Source: Acidimicrobiia bacterium (lineage in GTDB: Bacteria > Actinomycetota > Acidimicrobiia > Spongiisociales > JAHEDJ01). Taken from it: a stretch of 48,833 nt of DNA. The translations under genes and the position numbers were made by a program. Below are positions 10,579 to 19,729 of the stretch, piece by piece; position 1 is the stretch's first letter, and each line of letters begins with the position of its first letter. Under the pieces are notes generated by a model. That model was not told the DNA's origin, made no database searches, and was given only the letters and a program-made list of their open reading frames with translations. Where the stretch lies: NCBI GenBank assembly GCA_029210695.1, contig JARGFH010000005.1, positions 1 to 48,833 of the forward strand, in the 5' to 3' direction.

Positions 10579-12096
10579 ATGATCAGGACGGTGTCCGCCT
10601 TGCTGCTCGTCGGATCGCTGGTGCTCGGTGGATGTGTCACATTGCAGCCAGAACCAGCCTCCACGACCTCTTCGCCGGCGACAATTACGACCACTACCAC
10701 GCCCCCGACGACGACCTCTGTGGCGGAGCAACCGGTCACCCGGCTCCGCGTCGTCGACCCCGCCGCCCGGCCCATTCCCGGGGCACGGGTTGGCGACCGG
10801 GGAACGACCGGCATCGACGGCTACCTCGAACTCGAGACGCCGGCCGGCGGATTCGCCGTGGCGGCCGACGGCTACCTGGCCCGCCTGGTGCCCGAATGGC
10901 TCCCCGGCGACATGGAGGTAGTGCTCGAACCGATCATCGTGGCTGGGGTGGCCCGCTCACCGGCCGGTGAGACGTTGGGCGGTGTGGCGGTGACCCTGGA
11001 CGATCGGGAGACGATCACCGATGAGTCCGGCCGGTTCGAGTTCATCGCCGCCCCGGCCGGGACGATCCGGCTGTATGCCCCCGGCCTAGCGCGGGCGGAG
11101 ATCGAATGGGCGGGCCACGACACCTGGGTCCCCGTGACCTTGGAGCGCCTCCTCGTCCGGGCGTTGCATGTGAGCGGATGGGCGATGGGCAGCCCCGACC
11201 GCAGGCAGCACCTCCTCGACCTGGCCACGGCAACCGAGATCAACGCGCTGGTGGTGGACCTCAAGGACGAGTCCGGGCGGGTCTTCTATCCGAGCACCGT
11301 TCCTCTGGCCGGGCGCCTGGGTGCAGTTGGAAACGAATACACCCTCGAGGAAGTGGTGAACACGGCGGCTGACCTTCACCTGTATTTGATCGGACGGATC
11401 GTCACGTTCCAGGATCCGATTGCAGGGAGGGCCGTCCCCGAAATGGCCGTGTGGGACACCACAGCCGGGGCACCGTTCGAGAGGAAGGGCCAGTACTTCC
11501 TCGATCCCACCGACCCCGACGCCAGGCAGTATGCCCTCGATCTGGCCGTCGAGGCGTGCGCGGCGGGGTTCGATGAGGTTCAGTTCGACTACGTGCGCTA
11601 TCCGGCCGGGTTTGACAGCTCGGCGGTGTTCGACGGGGGAGCGGACGCCCGGCAACGACCCATCGTCATTCGGGACTTCCTGGCCGAGGCTTCCGCGCTC
11701 CTGCACCCGGCCGGCTGCACGGTCGCCGCCGACATCTTCGGGTTCATCACCTCAACGAAGGGAGACGGCGGGATCGGGCAGCAACTCGAAGAACTCGCCG
11801 GCGTAGTCGATGTGCTGTCGCCGATGCTGTATCCGAGCCACTATTCGGAAGGGTGGTTCGGATTCGACGTTCCGAACGATCATCCCGGTCCGGTGGTGGC
11901 CCGCGGACTGGACGACGGGATCAACCGGCTCGATTCCCCTGTGATTCTGCGCCCGTGGATTCAGGACTTCTCATACGACGCGGAACAGGTGCGCGCCGAG
12001 ATCGAGGCGGCCGAGGAGCGAGGCCTGGGCTGGATGCTGTGGAACGCGGCCAGCCGGTTCACAGAGGATGCCCTCCTCCCGGCGACGGGCGAGTAG
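10579..12096 (+). CDS. Lipoprotein with carboxypeptidase-regulatory-like domains and a putative glycoside hydrolase (DUF4015-like TIM barrel)
   Basis: Lipobox LGGC; TEINALVVDLKDESG, RIVTFQD, GFDEVQFDYVRYP, SPMLYPSHY, LRPWIQDF, GWMLWN. Confidence 0.85.
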   Translation: MIRTVSALLLVGSLVLGGCVTLQPEPASTTSSPATITTTTTPPTTTSVAEQPVTRLRVVDPAARPIPGARVGDRGTTGIDGYLELETPAGGFAVAADGYLARLVPEWLPGDMEVVLEPIIVAGVARSPAGETLGGVAVTLDDRETITDESGRFEFIAAPAGTIRLYAPGLARAEIEWAGHDTWVPVTLERLLVRALHVSGWAMGSPDRRQHLLDLATATEINALVVDLKDESGRVFYPSTVPLAGRLGAVGNEYTLEEVVNTAADLHLYLIGRIVTFQDPIAGRAVPEMAVWDTTAGAPFERKGQYFLDPTDPDARQYALDLAVEACAAGFDEVQFDYVRYPAGFDSSAVFDGGADARQRPIVIRDFLAEASALLHPAGCTVAADIFGFITSTKGDGGIGQQLEELAGVVDVLSPMLYPSHYSEGWFGFDVPNDHPGPVVARGLDDGINRLDSPVILRPWIQDFSYDAEQVRAEIEAAEERGLGWMLWNAASRFTEDALLPATGE

Positions 12097-12149
12097 CGAA
12101 GCGGATTGGGCCGATCGCCGGAGGAGTAGCGCGCTGACGGGCGCCGGCC

Positions 12150-12977
12150 TCAGTACCCCAAACCCCGTGACGGTTTGGCCCGGAATGCGCTTGAAAGCGT
12201 GCCCCGTCCGAACGGACCGAGAGACTGCCCGTTGGCGGCGTAGTGGTAGAGGGCCGTCTGGAAGATGGCGTTGAGGGCGGCGAGCACCACGGACACCGCC
12301 ACCAGCCACAACACCCCGACCAGGATGGCGACGCCGAGGGCGATGCCACTGCCCGTCACCACACCCAGGACGATGAGCAGGATGGCCGGGATCGCCAGCA
12401 GGAAACCGAGAAGCCCGAAGCCGAACTGAGCGGCGACGTTTTCTCCCCAGGTCCGCTTGAACAGTTCGGCGGAACGCTTGACGGCGTCGCCGACGGTCAA
12501 TCCCTCGACAACGAAGATGGGGATCACCAGGAAGGTCACGAGCGTCCAGGCGAGCCCGGCGAGGCCTGCTGCGATCCGGCCCAGAATTCCGCCGCGTTGT
12601 TCGATGGTGCGCAGGATGATCGAGACGGTTGCCGAGATCAGCGCCCAGGGGAGGATCCGCCCGAGCAACCGGTTGGCGCCCGATAGTGCGCTGCCGATGG
12701 TCGGATCTTCACCTCGTAGGCGTTCGTCGGCGGCCGAAACCAGGGCGGTGTTGAAATAGATGGTCACGAAGGCGAGGGCCACATACATGACGAACATGAC
12801 CACGTAGCCGATCGCGCCGGGTTCCTCACCGATGAAGAACATGGGGACCACGAAGGTGGCGGCGACGATGGCGCTGGCGATGAACGACAGAACCGGTAAC
12901 GCCATGAGCTCCTTGTCGGCCTTGAGTACTTCCCAGGATTGCTTGGCAAGGTTGATCGTGCTGCTTATGCGTCCCAT
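12150..12977 (-). CDS. DUF6159-like membrane protein
   Basis: MGRISSTINLAKQSWEVLKADKEL, AVKRSAELFKRTWGEN, IFQTALYHYA. Confidence 0.8.
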   Translation of the reverse strand: MGRISSTINLAKQSWEVLKADKELMALPVLSFIASAIVAATFVVPMFFIGEEPGAIGYVVMFVMYVALAFVTIYFNTALVSAADERLRGEDPTIGSALSGANRLLGRILPWALISATVSIILRTIEQRGGILGRIAAGLAGLAWTLVTFLVIPIFVVEGLTVGDAVKRSAELFKRTWGENVAAQFGFGLLGFLLAIPAILLIVLGVVTGSGIALGVAILVGVLWLVAVSVVLAALNAIFQTALYHYAANGQSLGPFGRGTLSSAFRAKPSRGLGY

Positions 12978-13045
12978 AGCGGTCCAGTATCGGCGCTTTG
13001 GGTCGTCGGTCAAAGCACCGACGCCTGCTGACTACGCTCGGCGGC

Positions 13046-13729
13046 GTGTCAGGTCTCGATGAGCTCAGTACCGGCGTCGCCGCTTGCCGGAAGTGCGCCC
13101 GGCTCGTCGAGTGGCGTGAGCGGGTCGCAGTCGAGAAACGGGCGGCCTTTCGGGATGAGGACTACTGGGGACGGCCGGTTCCCGGCTTTGGAGATCCGGG
13201 TGCCCGGCTGCTGGTGGTTGGTTTGGCGCCCGCCGCCCACGGGGCGAACCGCACGGGGCGGATGTTTACGGGGGATCGGTCCGGCGATTGGCTCTTCGCC
13301 GCGTTGCACCGGGCCGGGTTCGCCTCACAACCCGAGTCGGTATCGCGAGACGATGGTCTGGTCCTGATGGACGCCTTCGTAACGGCCATCGCCCGCTGCG
13401 CCCCTCCGGCCAACAAACCGACCGGCGAAGAACTGACCCTGTGCCGGCCGTGGCTGGAGGCGGAACTCGACCTCCTGGACCGGGTGCAGGTGGTGGTCCC
13501 GCTGGGCGGACTGGCCTTCAATCAGATGCTGCGGATCTACTCCGACAGGGGAGTGGCGGTGCCGAAACCCCGTCCGAAGTTCGGCCACGGGGTAGCCGTC
13601 GAACTGGGGCCCGGTGGTCCGGTCCTTCTGGCCAGCTATCACCCGAGCCAGCAAAACACTTTCACCGGCCGCCTCACCGAGCAGATGCTCGACGCGGTGT
13701 TCGAACGAGCAAGGAGCCTTCTGCACTAG
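13046..13729 (+). CDS. udgB: Uracil-DNA glycosylase family 5 (UdgB, 4Fe-4S)
   Basis: CRKCARL, YWGRPVPGFGD, GLAPAAHGANRTGRMFTGD, RCAPPANKP, YHPSQQNT; GTG 7 nt after TACGCT. Confidence 0.93.
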   Translation: MSGLDELSTGVAACRKCARLVEWRERVAVEKRAAFRDEDYWGRPVPGFGDPGARLLVVGLAPAAHGANRTGRMFTGDRSGDWLFAALHRAGFASQPESVSRDDGLVLMDAFVTAIARCAPPANKPTGEELTLCRPWLEAELDLLDRVQVVVPLGGLAFNQMLRIYSDRGVAVPKPRPKFGHGVAVELGPGGPVLLASYHPSQQNTFTGRLTEQMLDAVFERARSLLH

Positions 13730-13784
13730 GTCGCAGGGAGGAGGCGCGACCCCTGTCACCCATACCGAGAGCCTCCGGCAGTTA

Positions 13785-13810
13785 ATTCGCCCTATCTCCG
13801 TAGTGCTAAT
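13785..13810. promoter_or_regulatory. Second copy of the suf-associated palindrome, 3 nt before the sufD start
   Basis: ATTCGCCCTATCTCCGTAGTGCTAAT versus ATTACACCTATCCGGATAGTGCTAAT at 6479. Confidence 0.6.
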
Positions 13811-13813
13811 ACC

Positions 13814-15130
13814 ATGACCTTACCGCGTTTCCAGGAGATCCTCACTGTGCGACCCCTCGACCACACAACCGTTGAACGTGCTGCTGAGACGGCGCCTTCG
13901 TGGCTGGCAGACCTCCGTCAGACCGGCTTCGACTACTTCGAGAAGCTCTCGATGCCGACCGGCGCCGAAGAGGAGTGGCGATACGTCGACCTCGATTTCC
14001 AGCTGACGGATTTTGGTCTGCCGGATGTTGCAGGGATGTCCCTCGCAGCCGACTCCGACCTCTCCAGCTTGACCGAATACGCCGGGATAGCCCGGATCGT
14101 CGACGGCTTCGTCGTCGACGCCTACTGCGACACGCCCGGAGTCACCGTCTCCAAACTCGCCGGCCAGATCGACGACGGCGACCCGGTTCTCCGGGATTCT
14201 CTCGGCCGGATGATCCCACCCGACCTCGACATCTTTGCTGCCGCTCACCGGGCCTTCGCCACCGACGGCCTCGTCCTACACGTCGGCCGCGGGGTGGTGG
14301 TCGAACAGCCGATCGTCGTCGACATGCAAGTGACCCAGGCGGAGTCCGTCTCGTTCCCGCATCTAAGCGTCGTGCTCGACACCAACGCCGAAGTCTCGGT
14401 GATCGTCATCATGCGCTCACCCGACGGGCAGCGCTCCGTCGTCGTTCCTCAACTCGAACTGGCGGTAGGTGATGGTGCCCGGCTGAAGCTCGTCACCTCG
14501 CAGCACTGGGGCGACGCCACGACAGCCATCGCCCAACAGCGGATGGTGCTGGGCCGCGACTCGACCGGACGCCTCGGCGAGGTCGGCCTCGGCGGCCAAC
14601 TCGGGCGGCTCGATCTCAATGTAGATCTCGTGGGTGATGGATCGAGTTCGGAACTCGTCGGCCTCTACTTCGGAGACGGCGAGCAAGTATTCGACTACCG
14701 GGTCGTGGTCAACCATCACGGCAAGAACACCCGCTCCGACGTGTTCCTCAAAGGCGCGGTCGAGGACCAGGCCGAGTCGGTGTTCTCGGGTCTGCTGAAG
14801 ATCTGGCCCGACGCCACCCGCACCTCCACGTTCGAGACGAACCGCAACCTGGTGCTCTCCGACGGAGCCAAGGCCCACTCGGTGCCCAACCTCGAAATCC
14901 TTTGTGATGACGTGATCTGTGGTCACGGCTCCTCCGTCGGCCCGCTCGAAGAAGAGCACATGTACTACCTGATGAGCAGGGGGCTGTCGCACGAGCGAGC
15001 CCAGCGCGTGCTGATTCGAGGGTTCTTCGACGAGATGATTCAGCGTCTTCCGGTCTCCGGTCTGGAGGAGCCCGTCCGGGCGGCGGTCACCGCCAAGTTC
15101 ATCACCGCCCAGCTGGAAGGCCGGCTGTGA
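13814..15130 (+). CDS. sufD: Fe-S cluster assembly protein SufD
   Basis: EEWRY, NRNLVLSDGAKAHSVPNLEI, CGHGSSVG, YYLMSRG. Confidence 0.95.
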   Translation: MTLPRFQEILTVRPLDHTTVERAAETAPSWLADLRQTGFDYFEKLSMPTGAEEEWRYVDLDFQLTDFGLPDVAGMSLAADSDLSSLTEYAGIARIVDGFVVDAYCDTPGVTVSKLAGQIDDGDPVLRDSLGRMIPPDLDIFAAAHRAFATDGLVLHVGRGVVVEQPIVVDMQVTQAESVSFPHLSVVLDTNAEVSVIVIMRSPDGQRSVVVPQLELAVGDGARLKLVTSQHWGDATTAIAQQRMVLGRDSTGRLGEVGLGGQLGRLDLNVDLVGDGSSSELVGLYFGDGEQVFDYRVVVNHHGKNTRSDVFLKGAVEDQAESVFSGLLKIWPDATRTSTFETNRNLVLSDGAKAHSVPNLEILCDDVICGHGSSVGPLEEEHMYYLMSRGLSHERAQRVLIRGFFDEMIQRLPVSGLEEPVRAAVTAKFITAQLEGRL

Positions 15131-15450
15131 TGGACGAGTGGGTACGGATCGCCCAACTTGACCAACTGCCCGACGGGAGGGGAGTTCGGGTCGACGCCTT
15201 CGGGCACCGCATCGCCCTGTTCCGCCTGGGTGAGGCGGTCTACGCCCTCGCCGACCGGTGCAGCCATGCCGAGGCTTCGCTGTCTGAGGGTGAGGTATTC
15301 GAAGACGAGATCGAATGTCCACGACACGGGGCAACGTTCAACCTCGCCACGGGCGAGGCTCTCACCCTGCCGGCCACCAAACCGCAACAGAAGTACGACG
15401 TGAAGATCGCAGACGGCGACGTCTTTCTCGCCCTCCAGGAGGCATCGTGA
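15127..15450 (+). CDS. Rieske-type 2Fe-2S ferredoxin
   Basis: CSH...CPRHG ligands; overlaps sufD and sufC. Confidence 0.93.
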   Translation: MMDEWVRIAQLDQLPDGRGVRVDAFGHRIALFRLGEAVYALADRCSHAEASLSEGEVFEDEIECPRHGATFNLATGEALTLPATKPQQKYDVKIADGDVFLALQEAS

Positions 15451-16250
15451 GCAAGTTGGCCCTCGACATCAACAACCTGGCAGCCTCGGTGGGAGCCATC
15501 GAGATCCTCAAGGGAGTCGACCTGGAAGTCCCGTTCGGCGAGGTCCACGCCATCATGGGACCCAACGGTTCCGGAAAGTCGACCCTCTGCCATGTGCTGA
15601 CGGGTCGGGCGGACTACACCGTGTCCGGTGAGGCATCCATCGACGGCGAGTCGTTGCTCGACAAGTCGATCGAAGAGCGTTCCCGCATGGGACTGATGCA
15701 GGCATTCCAATATCCGATCGAGGTGCCCGGCGTCGGTCTCGCCGAGTTCATGCGAGAGGCCGGCGAGGAACGCGGCTGGTCCGCCGATCAGATCGAGGCG
15801 AAGATCGCAGAAGCCGGCGAACAGTACGACATGGACCGGTTCCTCAACCGTTCCGTCAACAACGACCTGTCCGGTGGCGAGAAGAAGCGGTCCGAGATCT
15901 TCCAGATGGCGGTGCTCGACCCCAAGGTGGCGGTGCTCGACGAGATCGACTCCGGCCTGGATATCGACGCGGTCCGGGAGGTTGCCGAAGGCATCGAACG
16001 GATGCGCGGGCCCGAGGTCGGCGTGCTGATGATCACCCACTACAGCCGGATTCTGCGATACGTGACCCCCGACCGGATTCACGTCATGATGAACGGCCGG
16101 ATCGTCGAGTCCGGTGGACCCGAACTGTCTGCTCGCCTCGAGGACGAAGGGTACGAGGGGATCCGGGATCGCCTGGGGATCGAAGCCCCGGCCGCCGGAG
16201 CGGCTGAGAAGCGCCCGTCCGACTTCTTCACCGACACACCGTTCGATTAG
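15447..16250 (+). CDS. sufC: Fe-S cluster assembly ATPase SufC
   Basis: AGGAGG RBS, HAIMGPNGSGKSTL, AFQYPIEVPGV, LSGGEKKR, LDEIDSGLDIDA. Confidence 0.97.
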   Translation: MSKLALDINNLAASVGAIEILKGVDLEVPFGEVHAIMGPNGSGKSTLCHVLTGRADYTVSGEASIDGESLLDKSIEERSRMGLMQAFQYPIEVPGVGLAEFMREAGEERGWSADQIEAKIAEAGEQYDMDRFLNRSVNNDLSGGEKKRSEIFQMAVLDPKVAVLDEIDSGLDIDAVREVAEGIERMRGPEVGVLMITHYSRILRYVTPDRIHVMMNGRIVESGGPELSARLEDEGYEGIRDRLGIEAPAAGAAEKRPSDFFTDTPFD

Positions 16251-16385
16251 TCGCGGGTCGCGGGTCGCGGGTCCTGGGGTTGCGGGTCCTGGGGTTGCGG
16301 GAAACCGGGCGCCCCAATGGCGTCTTCCACCAGCGCAAGCTGGGGGAGGTGGCCTGCCGCGGTTGCGGCAGGGCGGAGGGGGCCG
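16250..16385. repeat. GGGTCGC-type heptamer tandem plus an inverted family A REP-like unit
   Basis: gtcgcgg gtcgcgg gtcgcgg gtcctgg ggttgcg..., then CTGGGGGAGGTGG...GCGGAGGGGGCC. Confidence 0.7.
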
Positions 16386-16410
16386 TCCTCGATTTCTCTA
16401 GTCTGCGGTC

Positions 16411-17148
16411 GTGCCTCCGCTGAAACTTTCTTTGCGCACCTGGGGCTCCGGCCCCAAGCAAGCGCTGCTCATTCACGGGATGTCCTCGAACGCGGCCGGG
16501 TGGTGGCGGGTCGGGCCGGCGCTGGCCGAACGGGGCTACACGGTGACAACCCCCGACCTCCGCGGCCATGGGCGCAGTCCCGCCGACGCCGACTATTCGC
16601 TCGCCGCCTATACGGCAGACATCCTGGAACTCGGCGACCGGTGGGATCTCATCCTCGGGCATTCACTCGGTGGCGCGGTTGCCGTGTGTGCACTCATAGC
16701 TCGACCCGACCTGGCGCCGGCCCTGGTCCTGGAAGACCCGGCCGTCGCCATCCCGGATCCCGACCTCGCCATCCGTGACCTGCTCGCTTCGTATGTGCCT
16801 CCGATTTCCCCTGAAGAAGTGGGGAGACGCAATCCGACCTGGCACCAGGAGGACTGCCGGATCAAGGCGGCGGCGGTCATTGAGTCGAGGCCCGTCATGG
16901 TCGAGGAGACGATCCGCCAGAACACCCCCTGGAATCTGGTCGAGCAGGTGGCTGCCCTGCCGGTCCCGACTCTGCTGCTCGGTGCCGACATCGAACCGGT
17001 GGTACCGGCCGGATTCGGCAACGATCTGGCTGCAATGAGTCCCAACCTGCGGTTCGAGCACATCCCGGGCAGCTCGCATTCGATGCACCGTGACGAGTTC
17101 GAGGTGTTTCTCAACCGGGTGGGGGCGTTCCTCGATCAGCAGGCGTAG
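16411..17148 (+). CDS. Alpha/beta hydrolase
   Basis: LIHG, PDLRGHGRS, GHSLGG nucleophile elbow, C-terminal His (SHSMH). Confidence 0.9.
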   Translation: MPPLKLSLRTWGSGPKQALLIHGMSSNAAGWWRVGPALAERGYTVTTPDLRGHGRSPADADYSLAAYTADILELGDRWDLILGHSLGGAVAVCALIARPDLAPALVLEDPAVAIPDPDLAIRDLLASYVPPISPEEVGRRNPTWHQEDCRIKAAAVIESRPVMVEETIRQNTPWNLVEQVAALPVPTLLLGADIEPVVPAGFGNDLAAMSPNLRFEHIPGSSHSMHRDEFEVFLNRVGAFLDQQA

Positions 17149-17196
17149 CCACCGTCGAGGCGAGGTTCTGGGGGCGATCCGGCCTAGCATCGCCCC

Positions 17197-18312
17197 ATGA
17201 GTGCACGTACCGACCGCCACGAGCAGTGGCTCACAGAACTGACTGCCCTGCCGACGGTTGCCGGCCATGAGGACCGCGTGGTGGAGTGGATCGAGCGCTG
17301 GGCAGGGCGGCGCAATGATGTTCGGATGACGCGAGACGGCGGCGGCAATGTGATCTTGCGGTCCGGTATCCGCACCCGCAAGACGCCGGTCGTGTTGACC
17401 GCCCACATCGACCATCCCGGGTTCGTGGTCACTGCGGTCGACCGATCACGGCGCGTCGGCGTCGAGTTCCGGGGCGGTGTCCACGCCCCCTACTTCGAAG
17501 ATGCACGGGTCGACCTGTTCGACGCGGACGACCGGGTCCATCGCGGAACGGTGACCGGTTTCGATCACAAGACGTCCACCGGGTCCATCCGGCTGGATCG
17601 AAGGTCGGGCAACCTGGCGCCCGGGGACATTGGACGCTGGGCGTTGTCGTCGAGGTCTCTCGGGGTCCGCAAGGAGCGGTTGTATGCGCCTGCTTGCGAC
17701 GACCTGGCAGGCGTGGCCGCGGTCGTTTCCGCATTCGACACCCTGCGCAAGACCGCCCCGCAGGTGCGAGTGCTGCTCACCCGGGCAGAAGAAGTCGGGT
17801 TCATCGGGGCGATCGCGGCGTGCAAAGCGGGCACGATTCCGGAACAGGCCGACGTAATCGTCGTCGAGAACTCGCGGGCGTTCCCCAGATATCCGGTCGG
17901 GAACGGGCCGGTGGTCCGGGTCGGGGACGCCTCCACCGTCTTTGACCGTGAGCTGACGAACCAGCTGACCCGGCTCGTGCGGTCGTACGCGGAGCAGCAT
18001 GAAGGCTTCCGATGGCAGCGGAAGCTGATGGATGGTGGTTCCTGTGAGGCGACCGCCTTCGGCGCCTACGGCTACCAGGCGAGCTCGTTGAGTTTGCCGC
18101 TCGGCAACTATCACAACATGGTTGACATCGACGGCGTGCTCGCCGGCGGCCGGCCGGCCCGAGTCGACGCCGAGTACGTGTCGCTCGACGACTATCACGG
18201 GCTGGTTGATCTGCTGGTCGAAGTTGCCCCCCGCCTCGGAGAGGCCGGGGAGTCTGTGCTTCAAGAGCGCCTCGACGGCCGGTTCGAGGCAGAACGCGCC
18301 GTCCTCGGCTGA
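17197..18312 (+). CDS. M20/M42-family zinc metallopeptidase
   Basis: TAHIDH, CDDLAG, RAEEVG, YHN metal-ligand motifs. Confidence 0.8.
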   Translation: MSARTDRHEQWLTELTALPTVAGHEDRVVEWIERWAGRRNDVRMTRDGGGNVILRSGIRTRKTPVVLTAHIDHPGFVVTAVDRSRRVGVEFRGGVHAPYFEDARVDLFDADDRVHRGTVTGFDHKTSTGSIRLDRRSGNLAPGDIGRWALSSRSLGVRKERLYAPACDDLAGVAAVVSAFDTLRKTAPQVRVLLTRAEEVGFIGAIAACKAGTIPEQADVIVVENSRAFPRYPVGNGPVVRVGDASTVFDRELTNQLTRLVRSYAEQHEGFRWQRKLMDGGSCEATAFGAYGYQASSLSLPLGNYHNMVDIDGVLAGGRPARVDAEYVSLDDYHGLVDLLVEVAPRLGEAGESVLQERLDGRFEAERAVLG

Positions 18313-18316
18313 CAAC

Positions 18317-18433
18317 CTGGTTTCTCCGCAATACTGTGGTCGCTGGTGGTCCACCGCATTGCGCAGAAACCAGAGGGACTTTTCTCCGCAATACTGTGGT
18401 TGCTGGTGGTCCATTGCATTGCGGAGAAACCAG
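18317..18433. repeat. Tandem pair of about 55-bp hairpins (family D), 60-bp period
   Basis: TTTCTCCGCAATACTGTGG...CCA..GCATTGCG(C/G)AGAAACCAG twice. Confidence 0.9.
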
Positions 18434-18434
18434 G

Positions 18435-19529
18435 ATGCCTGCGATCGTGTTTGATCGGATCTCGTTGGACCGTGGGGGTGTGTTCGCGCTCAACGGTGTT
18501 TCCCTGGAGATCGAAGACGGTGAGCTGCTCACGGTGGTCGGACCTTCGGGGAGCGGGAAGACCGCCTTGCTCCGTATCATCGCCGGACTGGAGCAGCCCA
18601 CCGGCGGGCGATTGCTGTTCGACGGAACCGACATGATCGGGGTGGAACCTCTCAATCGTGACGTGGCGATGGTCTTCCAGGAGCATGCGCTGTACTCGCA
18701 CAAGACCGCGGAAGCCAACCTTGCCTTCCCCCTCGAGGTCCACCATGTCCACGAACCGGAACGGACGTCGCGGGTAGCGAAGATGGCGACGGCAATGCGC
18801 CTGGCGCGGATCCTCGACCGCCTGCCCAGGACCCTGTCGGTCGGCCAGCGGAACGCGGTGGCGACCGGACGGGCGCTGGTCAGGGACCCGGCCATCCTCT
18901 TGCTCGACGAGCCGCTCTCCAACTTCGACGCCCGGGGCCGTTTGCATGCCCGGGTCGAGATCCGGCAGCGGCACGATCAGTCCGGGGCGACAACGGTCTA
19001 CGCCACCAACGATCAGGCAGAGGCCATGGCCCTCGGCGATCGCGTCGTCGTGTTGAACCGCGGAATGGTGCAGCAGATCGGTCCACCGGAACTCATCTAC
19101 GGGGCGCCGGCCAACCTGTTCGTCGCCCGGTTTGTCGGGACACCACCGATGAACGCGATGACCGGCCTCTTCGAGGCCGCCTACCCCGACTTCCGGTGGA
19201 CTTCCGGCGACGACCGTCTCGTGATCCCCACCCGGTTGGTCGAGTCCCGCCCCCGACTGCGCGAGTTCACGGGACGCCGGGTAGTGATCGGGATACGCTC
19301 ACAGCACCTCCATCCGACGGTCGCCGCGCCTTCCGGCACGTGGCTGCGCGGCACCTGCTTGGGGATCGAGGACCACGGCAGCGACCGGTTCGCCTATATC
19401 GAACTCGGCAGCGGTCAAATGGTTGCGAGAATCGGTGAGCAGGTGCTTGGCATCGGGACCCCAACCGAACTGACGGTCGACTTCGAACACCTCCACTTCT
19501 TCGACCCTGAGACCGGGGCGGCGGTCTAG
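18435..19529 (+). CDS. Orphan MalK/UgpC/MsiK-type ABC transporter ATP-binding protein (degenerate motifs)
   Basis: Walker A GPSGSGKT, Q-loop MVFQ, LSVGQ signature, LLLDEP, YATND switch, C-terminal TOBE region ending LHFFDPETG. Confidence 0.88.
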   Translation: MPAIVFDRISLDRGGVFALNGVSLEIEDGELLTVVGPSGSGKTALLRIIAGLEQPTGGRLLFDGTDMIGVEPLNRDVAMVFQEHALYSHKTAEANLAFPLEVHHVHEPERTSRVAKMATAMRLARILDRLPRTLSVGQRNAVATGRALVRDPAILLLDEPLSNFDARGRLHARVEIRQRHDQSGATTVYATNDQAEAMALGDRVVVLNRGMVQQIGPPELIYGAPANLFVARFVGTPPMNAMTGLFEAAYPDFRWTSGDDRLVIPTRLVESRPRLREFTGRRVVIGIRSQHLHPTVAAPSGTWLRGTCLGIEDHGSDRFAYIELGSGQMVARIGEQVLGIGTPTELTVDFEHLHFFDPETGAAV

Positions 19530-19530
19530 A

Positions 19531-19651
19531 CCCAGTTTTCTGCGCAATGCTGTGGTCGCTGGTGGTCCATTGCATTGCGGAGAAACCAGAAGGATTTTTC
19601 TCGGCAATGCTGTGGCGCGTGGCAATACATTGCATTGCCGAGAAAACTGGG
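19531..19651. repeat. Second tandem pair of family D hairpins, 60-bp period
   Basis: CCCAGTTTTCTGCGCAATGCTGTGG...CATTGCATTGCGGAGAAACCAG and TTTTCTCGGCAATG...CATTGCCGAGAAAACTGGG. Confidence 0.9.
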
Positions 19652-19729
19652 GAGTTGTGACTTTTGGCCCGCACAACTCGGCCGGCGTCGACCTACGCTG
19701 GAACGTAACTGTCAACAGGAGGAACGGGC

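Noticed and set aside
15315..15446. N-terminal extensions given in the ORF track for SufC (likewise GltD, GalE, the S9 peptidase, the HNH and the PQQ protein)
   Set aside because: Downstream starts fit RBS, -10 boxes, overlaps and family N-termini better.
18317..19651. Family D repeats as a CRISPR array or integron attC sites
   Set aside because: Only two units per cluster, no unique spacers, no cas or integrase gene, and no RYYYAAC/GTTRRRY ends.
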